Shown here piece by piece: positions 1 through 12,490 of a stretch of 50,078 nt of DNA. The DNA is taken from NCBI GenBank assembly GCA_001938485.1, contig MQRK01245632.1, positions 1 to 50,078 on the forward strand, read 5' to 3'. Source of the DNA: Girardia tigrina (taxonomy: Eukaryota). The notes under the pieces are model-generated. The model worked only from the letters and a program-made list of their open reading frames with translations, made no database searches and was not told the origin of the DNA. Each line of letters opens with the position of its first letter. Position 1 is the first letter of the stretch. A program made the position numbers and the translations under genes.

Positions 1-2753
1 GCGATTACCCTATAAGTTGTATTTCCTATAGTGTAACCACAGTTGGGGAAAGAAGATTCGATGTTATTGATGAGGGCGTTGATGTAGATGCAGAAGAGAA
101 GAGAAGAAAGGGGGCAACCCTGTTTAACTCCTTTGTTTATCTTCATTGTACCTACGAATTTACCTTCAATTTGCACGTCAGTGGTTTTATTGGAGTAAAG
201 GCTTTTGAGGACGTTAAGAAGGATATGATCGATACCTAAATGATTTAGGATTTGAAAGAGAAGGTCATGTTGGACGCTGCCGTAAGCGTCTTTGATATCG
301 CCAAAGAAAAAGAAGGCTTGTTTAGGGGTATCTATACGGTTAAGGCAGGCGAGTCTTACATCATCGCGAATGATGTTAACCACTGCGTTATGGTCATGGC
401 ATCCTTCAAGGGTTCCTATAGCTTTTTGGTTAGGAGAGATGATGTTCTTGTTGAGGATCCATTCAGTGAAGTAAAAGACAATGAAAGAGGCGGCTGCTTT
501 AGGGATGGTGTTAGATTTGGAGATAGGTCTCCAAGCGTTTGGAAGAAGGAGTTCGTTAGGAGATTTTCCGTTTTTGGGAATCATGGTAGTGGCAGATTTC
601 TTCCAAGAGAAAGGAACTTGTCCGACTTTGAAGATTTCTTCGAAAAGTAAAAGGATATCGTCACTTACGTCAATCTTTTTCAAATCAGAGGGTCTGATTC
701 CGTCAGGGCCTGCTGAGTGTTCTTTCATTTTGGAGATGATATCTTTTATATGGTCTCTATTAGGCGTTGGAACGGAGAAGGGGTTATCAGGAAAAGAAGG
801 ATAAAGAGGAAAAAGAGGTAAGAAAGATAGTTGCAAAGCACCGGTTTCTTTGTCAGCGAAGATGTTAGCAATGTCCGTTTTAGGTGGGGTAGGGGTTTTT
901 CCATTTTTGGAGTATAGAATGGATTTGATGGCTTCTTTTGGTCTTTTTCGAAAGAGTTTATAGATAGGTAAGGTAGAGGTGGAGATTTTGGTTTTCCTCT
1001 TTTTGATGAATGGAAGTCTACCATCCATGGAATTTCTAATTTTGGCAATAAGTTGGGCGTCTAGGAGTTCGAATTTAGACTGCTGGTTTACAGGGATGGC
1101 TATTGGGGCAGTCGAAATTAGTTTTTTGGCGGTTGGTTGTGATGTTCAAGTTTGGCCTTTTTGTGAGGCACTTTGGGTGTTTTCTTCTTCTTTCGCTTTA
1201 TGGAAGAAAATTCTAGGCTAGAGATGGATGGGGTAGGTGAGTTTATTACTGCTGGTCTTTTCAAAGATGTGGAAGATACGGAAGAAAAGGGAGCATTAAG
1301 AAGTTTGATGGTAGAAGAGGTGGATGATTTCCAAGCAGAAAGAGGAGGTGACTTATCTTTTGGAGTTGGAAACGGTTCATCTGATTTATCTTCTTTAGGT
1401 TTGTCTTCTACAGGTGGTTGTTTTGGAGTACTCTGCAAGAGGACTGGGCCGCAAGAAGAGGGGACGTAAGGAGTGGTGGGACGAGAAGGACATTTGGAAG
1501 TAGCGGCGAATTCCATGCAGATTTGAGAGTTAGAAAGAGGAGGAAGTTCTGGTTGAGAGAAGACATCCATTTGGGCGTCAAGGTTAACATTATTACAGGA
1601 TTTGGTTTCATCTTTTAGCTCTGCAAGGTGAAGCTTATGGTGTTCATCGAAGTTGTTATATTTGATGACGGTGGGGTCATTTTCGCTTCGGATGTTGGTA
1701 GCTAGAAGAGTGCTCTTGATATCGGAGGAGCGAAGGATGGCGTCATGAGATATTTTCATATCTTTGAAAAGAAAAGGAATTTTATCAGAGGAGATTTGGA
1801 TTTTTTTCCATGATAATTTGTATTCCTTTCCTGCGGAGTCAAGAGATTTACCAAAACCTCTGGGTCTGTTATAAAAGAGGACAGTAGAGATGACCTCTTG
1901 GTAAGAAAGTGGAAGTTGGTTTGTTTGAAATATTGGTGGAGGTTGGCTGATCGTCGGTGATCATAGGTTCATCTTCGTTTGATTGTTCGTTTGGTTCTTC
2001 GTTTTGTGAATTTTCGGAGGATTGGTATTTGCTGATAATGAGATTCACCTCGTCTCTGAACTTGCTTAAGTCAGGAAAACGGGTGACGAGGGCTTCGAAG
2101 ATTTGGATTCCATCTTCAGGAATAGATTCTTTTGGTCTTCGGTTGTAGCTTGTACGGTCGTTTTGATAGTCTCGGATGGAGAGACCATTTCCGTAGAATC
2201 TGAAAGATTGGATTTGGGAGCGGACGAAGTTGATTGGGAGCTTCATTGCAAGATATTTAGGCAAATAGTTGAAGATTTGTGAGATAACCTCAAAGTAGTT
2301 AACGGTTGTCAATTTGAGGTTACATGGGTTCGTTTTGTTAGAGTGCATTGTGCGGCGTATATAGTCGGAGGTTAGATCGAAAAATTGGAAGACCCTTTCT
2401 TTATCATGATAGCATATCTCCCCTTGGAAAGGTTTTCTGAGGGAGGTCATGATGGGGGTCAAGGAAACCTCGAGCATTTTGATCTTTGAGAGCCAGTAGA
2501 TTGCGGCTCTGAAAAACGTTGTCATTCCGTAGTATAATTGATCGCTGTAAATATGTCCTTTCTGATTACGTAATCTCTTATCGATAGATGTGAATTTTTC
2601 GTAGAGATTCTTGTACATGGCATCAGAGAAGGAGTCTCGTTTTTCTTGACTCCCAGACGTATTTGATTTACTGGAAGGGAACGAGGGTTTAGGCCGAAAC
2701 TCAAAACCTTTTGTCTGCGGATAGGCATCCGCGGTTTTAGAGTTTGCTTTCAT
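1..2753 (-). pseudogene. Single long retrotransposon ORF (N-terminal domain + S/T/P-rich linker + RT) broken by frameshifts near 1900 and 1130
   Basis: ORFs 1869-2753 and 1118-1759 and the open RT frame overlap at their junctions. The alternative frame QEVISTVLFYNRPRGFGK... leads directly into MKISH, and the frame KLISTAPIA... leads into the RT. Confidence 0.7.
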
Positions 2754-2825
2754 TTTGTTTTAGTGTCGGCACCTTCCTTTAAGTCGACTGGAAGTGACTA
2801 AATACTTCATCCAAGCTGTGAAGGA
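1..2825 (-). mobile_element. R2-like (RLE-clade: R2/R4/NeSL/Utopia group) non-LTR retrotransposon, 5' portion; RT continues beyond the left edge of the window
   Basis: Minus-strand translation of about 1120->1 is open (absent from the ORF track because it has no stop in the window). It reads IYKLFRKRPKEAIKSIL (R2 region -1-like), SAGPDG (region 0), WRPIS, QKAIGTLEGCHDH, GDIKDAYGSV, GVKQGCPLSSLLFCIYIN and ends at YRVIA just before the expected YADD. There is no APE domain upstream, and GC is higher than the flanks. Confidence 0.85.
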
Positions 2826-2930
2826 AAATTCAGAATGTTGTAAGTTTGTTGTTTGTATGCTGTTTACATTTGTGACTCTCCTACTCAGATGGGGTTGATA
2901 TGTTATTGACTGATTGTTTGAATCTGATGT
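2826..2930 (+). repeat. Dispersed repeat, probable Penelope pLTR/3'-UTR fragment
   Basis: Clear reverse-complement match to about 17192-17292. The core TCTCCTACTCAGATGG resembles TCTCCCACCCAGATGG, which follows the PLE ORF end at about 15120. Confidence 0.6.
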
Positions 2931-3397
2931 AATTGATTTAATTGGATCAATTTTTAAATATTAATTAATTAAAGTTTTATAATTATAAATTTTAATAATA
3001 TTTTTAGTAACGATTTTAACTTATTAAATTTAATATATTTTAAAAAAATAATGTTTATTTTAAAAATTATTTAATGCTTTTTTTTATCCAATAAAATTTT
3101 GAGAAATTAAAAGTTAATATTAAAAGTTTTCCATTATTTGATTTTCAAGATTTGAATACAAAAACAAAAACTATATCAATCAAAGAAAGATGCTTACTGA
3201 GAATATAAAGAATCTGTTTGTAATGTTACTACATGTTTACTCTCAAATTGTGATGTTGTTAATAGAAGCCCAATTCCATTCGGCTCTGATTTGTTTGATG
3301 AAGAATTCGTGTTTCAGCAAGATAAGAACACAAAATATGATTTATTAAAATGTTTTTTTAATTTTTGTATGTTTCCGTATAGTGTCTTAGTTGAGTA

Positions 3398-4860
3398 GGG
3401 TAAGGTTGCTTAAGTCGTACCCCATGCATTTTGCACAAACTACGGCGACAACATTATATACGTCGGGAATTAAATATACATCTGAGTGAGCTAAGTAGTG
3501 TGAAATATTACTATTTACCAGAAGTAAGCCACGTAGTAAATGTTCTCATCAACTTTATTTCAATTTTCTTATAAACTTCTGGATATGTTTGGAAGTTAAT
3601 CTTGCAAGTAAATTATTGATAAAATTATGTTTCATGTTAAACATAAGTTCAGTAGAATTTACCTAATCATTTAGTCGAAATGAAATCTTATTAATTTTAT
3701 TCAAAATTAAGTGATGTTTAGTGAAAAAATTTTAGTCGAACCCGTCTAAGTTTCCAACAAATATAATGCGGCAAGAAAAGAGACTTAATAATTATAAAAA
3801 GATTTCATTTCATTTCAAAATTTAAAAAGAAGAAAAGCAATTGGTTTTGTTTTATTTGTGGAGAAAATCGGGTAGAAAACAAGATTCAATTCTTGAAATT
3901 GCAAAATATGGGTGCACAATATATTCGGTGGAGTTAACAAGAGAACAAAAAGATTTGTATGTAATGATTGTGCTAATTGTAGTGTGTATGTATATCTGTA
4001 ATTGTATGAGTATCTGTAAACATATTAATAAAAATACGTTTAAATTATTATTATTGGTTAATTGAATTCTTTGGTACTCTTTACAGTGCAAAATTGCGGA
4101 CGAACCAGAGTAAATCCATCTAAAATCGTGGTCAATCTGGATAGCCCGCATCAATACAATTTTGTTGGTTTAGCGGCTTTGCCGAAAGACACGAGGAAGC
4201 CGATGAAATCGATCGAAAACTGTAAAAGTTGTTAAATGGTTAAATTAACACCGATTTCGAATAATGGCGATTTTGACGATTATTACACTGCATTTCGTAA
4301 AAATTTTTATGAAAATATCAATAAAATACTAATTTATTTGATAAATGACGATTTCGATCACTTATTTACTAATTATATTGCTAAAAATCAATTTAGGTTA
4401 AATTTGCAAAATCTCATTATCATCTGATTCACGGTTTGTCGGTCAAGCTCAAATGTTACTGTGATCATATATATACTGATAAAATGAGAAATATTGGAGG
4501 GGAATTGAGTGAATCCGCGTTAAGTTGACATAGCTCTGCATAGTCCTCATCGAGACCGTTCTGTTTGGCCGAACGGTCCTGGGAGCCGATTTATTTGAAT
4601 GAGTGTTAAATTAACACAGAATTCAAAACAATTAATAATAAAGTATAATAATTACGATTTAAAAATTATAACAGAAACTTTCAAAGTCGAAAATTCAGTT
4701 CCCCCGTCATATATGACGGGTATTTTTCTAGTTTAGTTATAATACATAATACCAATATTAACACATTGAATTTCTATTAATTTGATAAATCCTAAGTTTC
4801 ATACAGTTCTTTTTTTATGGGGTACGACTTGAGCAATGGTGTGGATTGATCACTTACATA
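3398..4860 (+). mobile_element. Non-autonomous DNA-transposon remnant (pogo/DDE_1-PHD-like) with inverted ends
   Basis: TA|GGGTAAGGTTGCTTAAGTCGTACCCCAT at 3398 has an inverted copy ATGGGGTACGACTTGAGCAA at 4817-4836. Internal 3842-3970 reads, with frameshifts, WFCFICGE...IQ..CKIWVH...FVCNDC, a PHD-finger pattern. Confidence 0.55.
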
Positions 4861-6829
4861 TTTATAAAATTTTTACGAAGAAAATATTTAAATTTTATAT
4901 TTTATTATTTTGTTTCGATTATTTATAAAATTCAAATAACAATTTAAGTATAAAAATAATTTATTTTGTATTTTAAAAGTCATATTTAAGGAAGATTAAG
5001 TCGGACGGGAAAACCTGGATGAAAGTCTCTAGTTTTAATCAAAAAAATACATTATAGAACTATTTTCATGAAAAATGTCTTCTTTTGGTTTATTTCTGTA
5101 ATATAAAATATTTTTATATTTCAAATTTATAACGAAAAAAATAAAATAATTATCAAACTTCTCTTTGAAAAATTATTTGATTGATTTGAAAATACTAATT
5201 ATATTTTAGAAATAATAATAATATAATTATATAAAATCTCTTCGTCCTTATTTAATCAAAATGACAAGACAGAAAGTCATTTGATTAAATAAAAACAGTA
5301 ATTATTAACATTTGCCGGAAATAATCAACAGTTTTCCAAAGCAATTTAACAAAATTCTGAACATATACAACATATTAATTTATCAATTGGAAAACAATTA
5401 TGATAGTGAAATTGAGGCAAAAAATTAGGAAAAGATAATAATAAATGAGTCCCAAGAGACGAATACATAATAAATGATCTTTTGTTTGGAAAACTTTTAG
5501 AAATTCGAAATATAAAACTAATTTATGTAAATATTATATTTTTTTGATTTTTTTTGTTTAAATGAGCAGGTAATTCTGTAAATATTATTTCTTTTTCAAC
5601 AATGATTTGTCAAATAATCCGAAATAATTATATATGAGACTTTAGAGAAAAAAATATTTGTTTAAATTATTTATAAAACTTTTCCTGAAAAACAGACAAG
5701 TAAAACAAACAAATTACAAACAAATTAGTTGTTTTAATTTTCTCCATAATAAACAATTATACAACAATTGTAAAAAAGAGACTACTTTTGATGTGTTTAA
5801 TTTGTTGAAAAATTAATTAATTATTTAAAACATATTTTCAAAATAAAAAATTCTTTTTTCAGTTGTAAAAGAAAAAATGCGTAATTTTCTTTTTTTATAT
5901 TTAAAAATAATTTTTTTTTAAAAAATATAATATATTTTATTAAAACAAAATCGTAAAAAAATAATAATAATTAAAAAATGACTATTTGAAAATAAATTAT
6001 TTTAAATAATTAATATTATTTATTTTTTAAAACCGAAAAGGGAATTTCGTGTCAACAAAAATAAAAATCCAAAAAAAAATATTTTCTATTGTCAAGAAAC
6101 ATTAATAATTAAAAAAAAAATTTACTAAAAACATTTTTTATAAATAAATTATTTATTTTATATTATTATTTTATGTAAGTATTAAATTTAGTTTTTAGAA
6201 GGATGGTTATTTAGAAGGATTTTATAAAAGAAAATTAAAACAAAATATTGTACGGTAAAACGTGCTTTAAAAGAGATGAAAAGTAATTTTCCGCCTGAGT
6301 TATGGTTCGACAAATGATGAAGTACTCCGAAAATCGGCAAATAAATAATTTATATATTTCACTGAGAAAATAATAAATAATTTAGTAAAACAAAAAAATG
6401 TCAAAATTATCGTTGTTTTATTAGGAATTATCGATTTTATAAAACACTGAAAATTTTTATGTGTTTTTATTTTTTTATATATTTTAACATTTTATCGTTT
6501 TAATTAATTAATTATTTCTTATTTCAATTACTGTCATATTTTTATCATATTTTTAATAAATGTTGAAATTTCCTTTTTTAACAATTTTTTATCAAATTAG
6601 TTATTTAATTAATATATATAAAAATAAGTTTTTTATATATTACATGTAATCATGGTGTAATCATTTTCATTTTTACATCATTAAAAAATTAAGAGTTTTG
6701 ATATCTTAAAGTATAAATTAATTATTTATTAAGGAATACCTTTAGTATACGAAACAAGTTAACTTATTTTGGGGTTACAATTTAATTTTAAAACTAATGG
6801 GAAATATATTACGTGTCAAAATTAGCTTG

Positions 6830-7170
6830 TTTTTCAATGAACTTGTAACGTCGTTGCTCAATCTTTCTGAAAGGATCTTTGATGAGCTGTGACGAGGATC
6901 TTTTACTGCTTCTTAATGCATTTTTGAAGTCGACCAAAGAAATAAAATGTAACATAACGGACAGGACAGAACCCTTTGAAGGAAACATCAGTTCTTAAAA
7001 ATTCAAATTCTAAAGATTTTGAACCGTTTTTGCAGGAGTATATTGAGGAAAATAGTCTTGCACAAACAGAGCATCTTTTTATTCAAAGTACATACTTCTT
7101 AATAATGTTCCAGTACTACACCTTGTCGTCCTAAAAAAACGATCAGTATCACTTCTCTTGTATTGATTAT
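6830..7170 (-). pseudogene. Heavily decayed mariner-type transposase fragment
   Basis: Minus strand reads VILIVFLGRQGVVLEHY (compare KVMLIVFWDSQGVV..HY) and ...FYFFGRL..NAL near the expected YSPDL/SDF region. Many stops and frameshifts; no TIRs recognised. Confidence 0.4.
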
Positions 7171-7364
7171 TTGAGGTGCATATGGAGGATAGAATAATTT
7201 ATGTTTGTAATGATTACTGTGTTCTTGGGCACAACGAGATTACGTACATATACAGATCCAAAGAGAGAGTCTCAGAACATACTAGAATAATGCCATAACA
7301 CTTTTATATTCTTTAAGTATTCTTAATTATTTTAGGGATTATAATATAGAAGAATATATAAGTA

Positions 7365-8650
7365 TTAGGTTGGTCGAAAAATAATGGCGGTTTTTGGACA
7401 CAAACTTCAAAGACGTGAAAATTCACAGAAACAAAAGTTTATTAATCAAAGTATGAACCGTTGGCATCAATACATTTTTGCCAACGAGAAACAAGTTGTT
7501 TTATTCCATCAGCATAAAATGCATCGGTTCTCGAAACGACGAATTCTTGGAAGGCATTTTGAGCATCATTTTGGTTTTTGAAAATTTTTACACGTAGGAA
7601 TTTGTACAAATGCCTGACAAAGTAGAAGTCCGTTGGCGAGAGGTCTGTTGAATATGGTGGATGAAGCAGGGTTTTATAGCCCAACTCATTAGGCTTTTGA
7701 AGAGTCGTTTTTGAAATATGAGGTCTAGCGTTATCACGAAGAAGGATGAGACTTTTTCGATTGACCAATCCCGGACAAAGGGTTTTCAATTTTTTATGCA
7801 TTTCGTCAATTTCATGACAGTACCTCTCCGCTGTGATTGTTTCACCTGGATTCAAGAAACTATAGTGGATGATTCCAGCATCACACCACCAAACTGTCAC
7901 CATAACCTTACGGGGTGTTAGTTTCGGTTTTGGAAAGTATTTCGGTACTTCATCTTTGTCCAACCACTGTGCAGATTGACGTCGGTTATCATACAGTATC
8001 CATTTCTCATCACAGGTAACAATACGATCAAGAAATGGATCGTTTTTATTGCGAAGATGATTGGCAGAACAAATTTCATAGCGTCGGTTCTTTTGATTTT
8101 CATTCAAATCATGTTGAACCCATTTATCAGGTTTCTTGATTTTTCCAAGTTGTTTTAAATGATCCTGGACTGTTGAATAACTAATACCCAACCCATCTGC
8201 AAGTTCCCTGATTGTTGTACGGGGATCTGTTCCCACCATTATCCACAAATTGTCGTTGTTTAAAGCAACTGGACGACCACGACCTTCTTCATCTTCAAGG
8301 TTTTAATCTCCATCAGAAAATTTTCGGAACCATCGTTGCACTGTGCGCTCAGAAGCTGTTCCCTTGCCAAACGCTTTATTGATATTGCGAGCCGTTTCTG
8401 CTGCTTTACGACCCAGTTTAAATTCGTACAAGAAAATTGCTCGAATTTTACTTTTTTTCCATTATCAATTTAGTACCGTAAATATTCTAAAAAATAACAG
8501 CAATATGCTAATAATGGCTATAGGAATATACAGCTGGGCATAAGATTTCAAATAATATCTAACACTAATGCATTTAAACTTATATACATATCAAAGTAGA
8601 TAAACAAAGCATAAAGCTCAAAAACCGCCATTATTTTTCGACCAACCTAA
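7365..8650 (-). mobile_element. Mariner transposon, cecropia subfamily (Hsmar1-like), full length, inactive
   Basis: Perfect 32-bp TIR TTAGGTTGGTCGAAAAATAATGGCGGTTTTTG, TA on both sides, 1286 bp long. Transposase motifs IRAIFLYEFKLG, VTCDEKW, RDNARPH, YSTDLSPTD. Confidence 0.95.
7442..8462 (-). pseudogene. Mariner D,D34D transposase pseudogene
   Basis: ATG at 8462 is followed by a +1 frameshift (ATG GAA AAA AAG TAA). There is an in-frame TAA at about 8304 where the second copy has GAA. The residual ORF is 268 aa (7442-8248). Confidence 0.9.
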
Positions 8651-10029
8651 TATTATAATATAATTTAAGAAAAAATTGATATTATAAAAAAACTTTAATT
8701 ATATTATTTTCTTTAATCACATTATTTAACAAAAAAATGAAGTCATATCTCTCTGAAAATTGTGTTTTAATTGCAATTAGTAAATTTAAAAAGAAAATTT
8801 TAAAACATAAAATTTTTTTGATATCTTAAGTGGAAATCTTTGCCAGTAAATGGAATTTTAGGATAATTAATCTCGATATATTGAACTATATTTTATCATT
8901 GCGATCAAATGAAGGAACATTTCCCAATTCCCCAGTCTCCTGGCCGGGATACCCGACAAAAGTCATACGAGATAACTGAAAAAGACACCTGAATTGTGAC
9001 AAAGATTTTCTTTTAATTTTCAATTATTACATTTTTCTTTGATATTTATTTATTTTAATATGAGTTAATTTTGAGCTCTCAAAGCTCGACATTGGTGATT
9101 TCCTTTGCTGTTCTATGGAACAAGAACGAGGAACATCGGATAGGTCTTAAAAACTCCCAGTATTATTTAGACCATGTTGTGAAACTTGTAACGGGTAAAA
9201 AGGTTTCCAAAGTTTCTTTTCACATATCATCTTTAGTACAAAGAATTAAATTAATTTATTTTTGAGTCAAATTTTCATTTCTAATTAATCTCATATTTAT
9301 CATGAAAAAAAGAATCCTCAGATTTCTAATGAAGCTCCACAAATCCAAAGTTTTGTCATAACAACAAAAAGTCCCCTTAAAAATTCATCATTTTAACAAA
9401 AACTACTCAAACCCTTAAAATATTCAAAGTTAAGAATTCTTTTAAATATACTACAATATATATTTATTAAATATAAATAATTATTATATAATATTATTTT
9501 TATTACAATTTTTAATTAAAAAAATAAATATATTTCTAATATTATTATAGATTTTAATAATAATAAATGGTGTCATTTTATTTATATTTTATAGTTTAAA
9601 ATGTGACACGTTTGCGATTTAATTAAATAAATATAAATATTTATCGTCTATTAAAACAAAACGGCAAAAAGAAGACTGTCAACAATGGAGCATTTTAAAA
9701 ATAAAAAAATATAAAAAAGAAGAATTAACATTTTTTGAAGAAATATTCTTTTATAAAAAGAATCGCTTGCAGCACTAACACATCTCATTCGAGGGAATTT
9801 TATTTCAATGTGATAATTGTTTTATATTCTTTTAGATTCATTTAATTCCCTTTTTATACTTTTTAATAAAACTTGTGTTAGTGACAAATCGAAATAAAAA
9901 TTCCTTTTCTAATTTTCAGACAAAAAATCCATAAATATATCAGCAAAAAAAAATATACATTTAGAAATATAAAATAAATGTTAAATTAAACTTTAATTTA
10001 GTTTATATATTGAAATTTAAATAATTTTA

Positions 10030-10152
10030 TTACCACGTTTTTATTAGCTTGCTTTCTTGTCTGGAACAAATCTTGCGATTGATTTTTCGACCACTTTCAG
10101 TCATCCAATTGAGCTGAATTTTTTTATACAGGCTTGCTTCCGATGACAATAC
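10030..10152 (+). repeat. Helentron/HINE (DINE-1-like) repeat end fragment
   Basis: Begins TTTTATTAGCTTGCTTTCT and contains TCCGATGACAA, both shared with the 13025 family. Confidence 0.4.
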
Positions 10153-10444
10153 AATATTTTAAAACATTTACGGCTCTACATAAACCGCATATACTATAAT
10201 TTAACTTTATGAAAAAAATTAATAATAATAATTAATACGTACAAAAAAATTATTTTGAAATAAAACTTGCTTTTATTAAAATAAAACTTTGTTATTTTGG
10301 TTTTATTATCATTTCAGTTATTCGAAATCAATCGAAAGATTTGATAACTAAAAATAGTAAAATAATATTATTAATAAAAGAAATTTTTTTTATAAAAACA
10401 ATCACGTTTTTCAAGCATTACCAATGCACTAAAAAGAGGAAAAT

Positions 10445-10624
10445 AATTTTTTTCTAGATATGTGCGAAATTTTATACCTAACCAAAAACGTGGGGCATAG
10501 AAATGATCGATTGTTACTAAAAAAACAGTAAAGAGGAAATAGCAGTTACTAATAGCAGTAATTCAGAAATCCGCCCCACGTTTTTGGTTAGGTATAAAAT
10601 TTCTCACATGTCTAGAAAAAAATT
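10445..10624. repeat. About 52-bp inverted repeat pair (MITE/fold-back)
   Basis: The arm TTTTCTAGATATGTGCGAAATTTTATACCTAACCAAAAACGTGGGGC (10445-10496) has a reverse complement at 10573-10624 with about 2 mismatches; spacer about 76 bp. Confidence 0.85.
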
Positions 10625-10690
10625 TTGAATAATTTATCAAAACATTATGACATGATAAATTATTGAATTATAAATTATAATTGCCATTTA

Positions 10691-11272
10691 TCAGCCATAA
10701 AAAATGCCTTGATGTTTTTTAACAATATCCACAATCTTTGGTTTATCTGCAATTTTCATAATTTCCATGGCTCTTTTGAATCTTTCCTCGTTTGTGACCT
10801 TACGTCCAAATTTGGCTTCTAAGTTGTATACTTGATAAAATTGTTCATTCACACAATTTTCTTTCTGTTTCCAATGTAACTCGATTCCAAACGCCATCTG
10901 CAGTTTTATTCCTCCTATTATGTCTGGTTTTACGTCATTTAGTACAATTAACGTTATATTTCTCCGTTTTTCTTTAATTTCTACATCCACCGAAATTTTA
11001 CCAATACAATCTAGTTGACTACTGTTCGTACAGTTTAATTTAATATCTGCCTTTTCTAATTTTACGTTCGTTAGTTTCTCAAAAATCTTTCTGTGGATTA
11101 CATTTACTCTTGAACTTGTGTCTAATAAACAATCCTCCACGTTACCTTGTATCATCAACTTTATACTCGGCCGGCCTTGCATTCTATCATATGATATATT
11201 TTCTGCTTTCCATTCATCTATTGACAAAATCATGGCATTTTCTTCTGTGTTATGTTCTTCAATTGTTCCCAC
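10691..11272 (-). pseudogene. Gypsy aspartic protease / N-terminal pol fragment
   Basis: VEDCLLDTSSRVNVI...PDIIGGIKL gives the retropepsin DTG-like and IIG motifs; truncated at about 10683. Confidence 0.8.
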
Positions 11273-11447
11273 TAAACTTCGTCCAAGCTTGTCCTCAAGA
11301 GTTTCTTTCTTTATAAATTTCGTACTTTATTATTTACTCTTGCTTCGCTTATCTCAACATTCCTTTCATCGTAAATCACTACATCTATAATATTTGATAT
11401 ATTACTTTTACTATAAATACCAATACTTTGGGAGTCTCTGGTATATT

Positions 11448-12490
11448 TTAATTTATTGTCCTGACTGACTCCACTTCTGTCGAGGTGTTGCCTTTTGAGT
11501 GTTCACTTCCTGTCACCGATTTTTCATATTCTTCTTCAATGTTAGTCACGAATCTTCGATTATCTCCTCGTCTTCTGTCTTCTCTATCCCTATATCTGTG
11601 TTGATTGTATCCCAATCTTCGATAGTTATTGTCACCTGTATTTTGCTGTCTTCTTCGGCCATTTAGGTTTGTATAGCATTCACTTTCACTGTGACTTCTA
11701 TCTTGATATCTTTTGCATTCGATGTTTGGACAGTTTCGTCCTACGTGTTCCTGTTGTCCACAGCCACAACATTTTATTGGTCTCCTTTCCGCACAATTTA
11801 TTATCATGTGTCCTTTTTTTCACATCCGAAACACATGATTGGTTTTCTTTGTCTACACATTTCACTTGTGTGACCAAACATTTTACAGTTTCTACATTTG
11901 ACCGATTTCATGCTTTCAGAGTATTCTGTAGTATTTCTACCAACCCGTTTCTGACTTTGTCCGTATTTACTGTCTCCTGTTCCTGCTTCTCCGTAACTCC
12001 AGGGTCTGTTTTGCATCCCCTGATATCTTACTACATTCACGTCTTCTGTCACACTTTTGACGATTGAAATGCCTTTATCTTTTTTTATCTTATCTATTCC
12101 TTTCACTTTGTTAAGTCGCACAATGAACAATAATGCTTCCGTGAGGGCGTCTTTTGACAAGTAATGTTTAAAGATCTTGGCCACGAGCTTTTCTACTTTC
12201 TCAAAAAATACTTCCGATATGTCTTCCATCCTGTACCGGCATACCTCAGTCAGGTCTTCAAATAGTGAGGAAGTTCGAGAGAATGCCTTTCTCAATCGGT
12301 CTTTACAACCTACTATTGTCTTATCTACCGCTTTGTATCGATCTTTCAGATCTCTCTCCAACAAACAAACGACTATTGTCTCTTGTTTGACCTTCGCTAT
12401 TCCTGCAAAATTAAAGAATGTTTCACATTCTTCAATAAATGTCTCCACATTATCGCCTTTCCTGTACTTTTTAGGTAACAGTTAACCCAT
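11448..12490 (-). pseudogene. Gypsy gag with four CX2CX4HX4C-type zinc knuckles (early stop and frameshift)
   Basis: Knuckles read CRNCKMFGHTSEMC; CFGCEKK(fs)HMIINC; CCGCGQQEHVGRNC; CKRYQDRSHSESEC (degenerate). Confidence 0.8.

Noticed and set aside
252-2148. Plus-strand ORFs over the R2-like element (132, 107, 98 aa and others)
   Set aside because: Antisense shadows of the minus-strand retrotransposon ORF; no motifs.
2754-2825. Possible HDV-like ribozyme in the R2-like 5' UTR
   Set aside because: Short hairpins exist, but I could not fit P1/P3/L3/J4-2; the UTR may be truncated by the PLE fragment.
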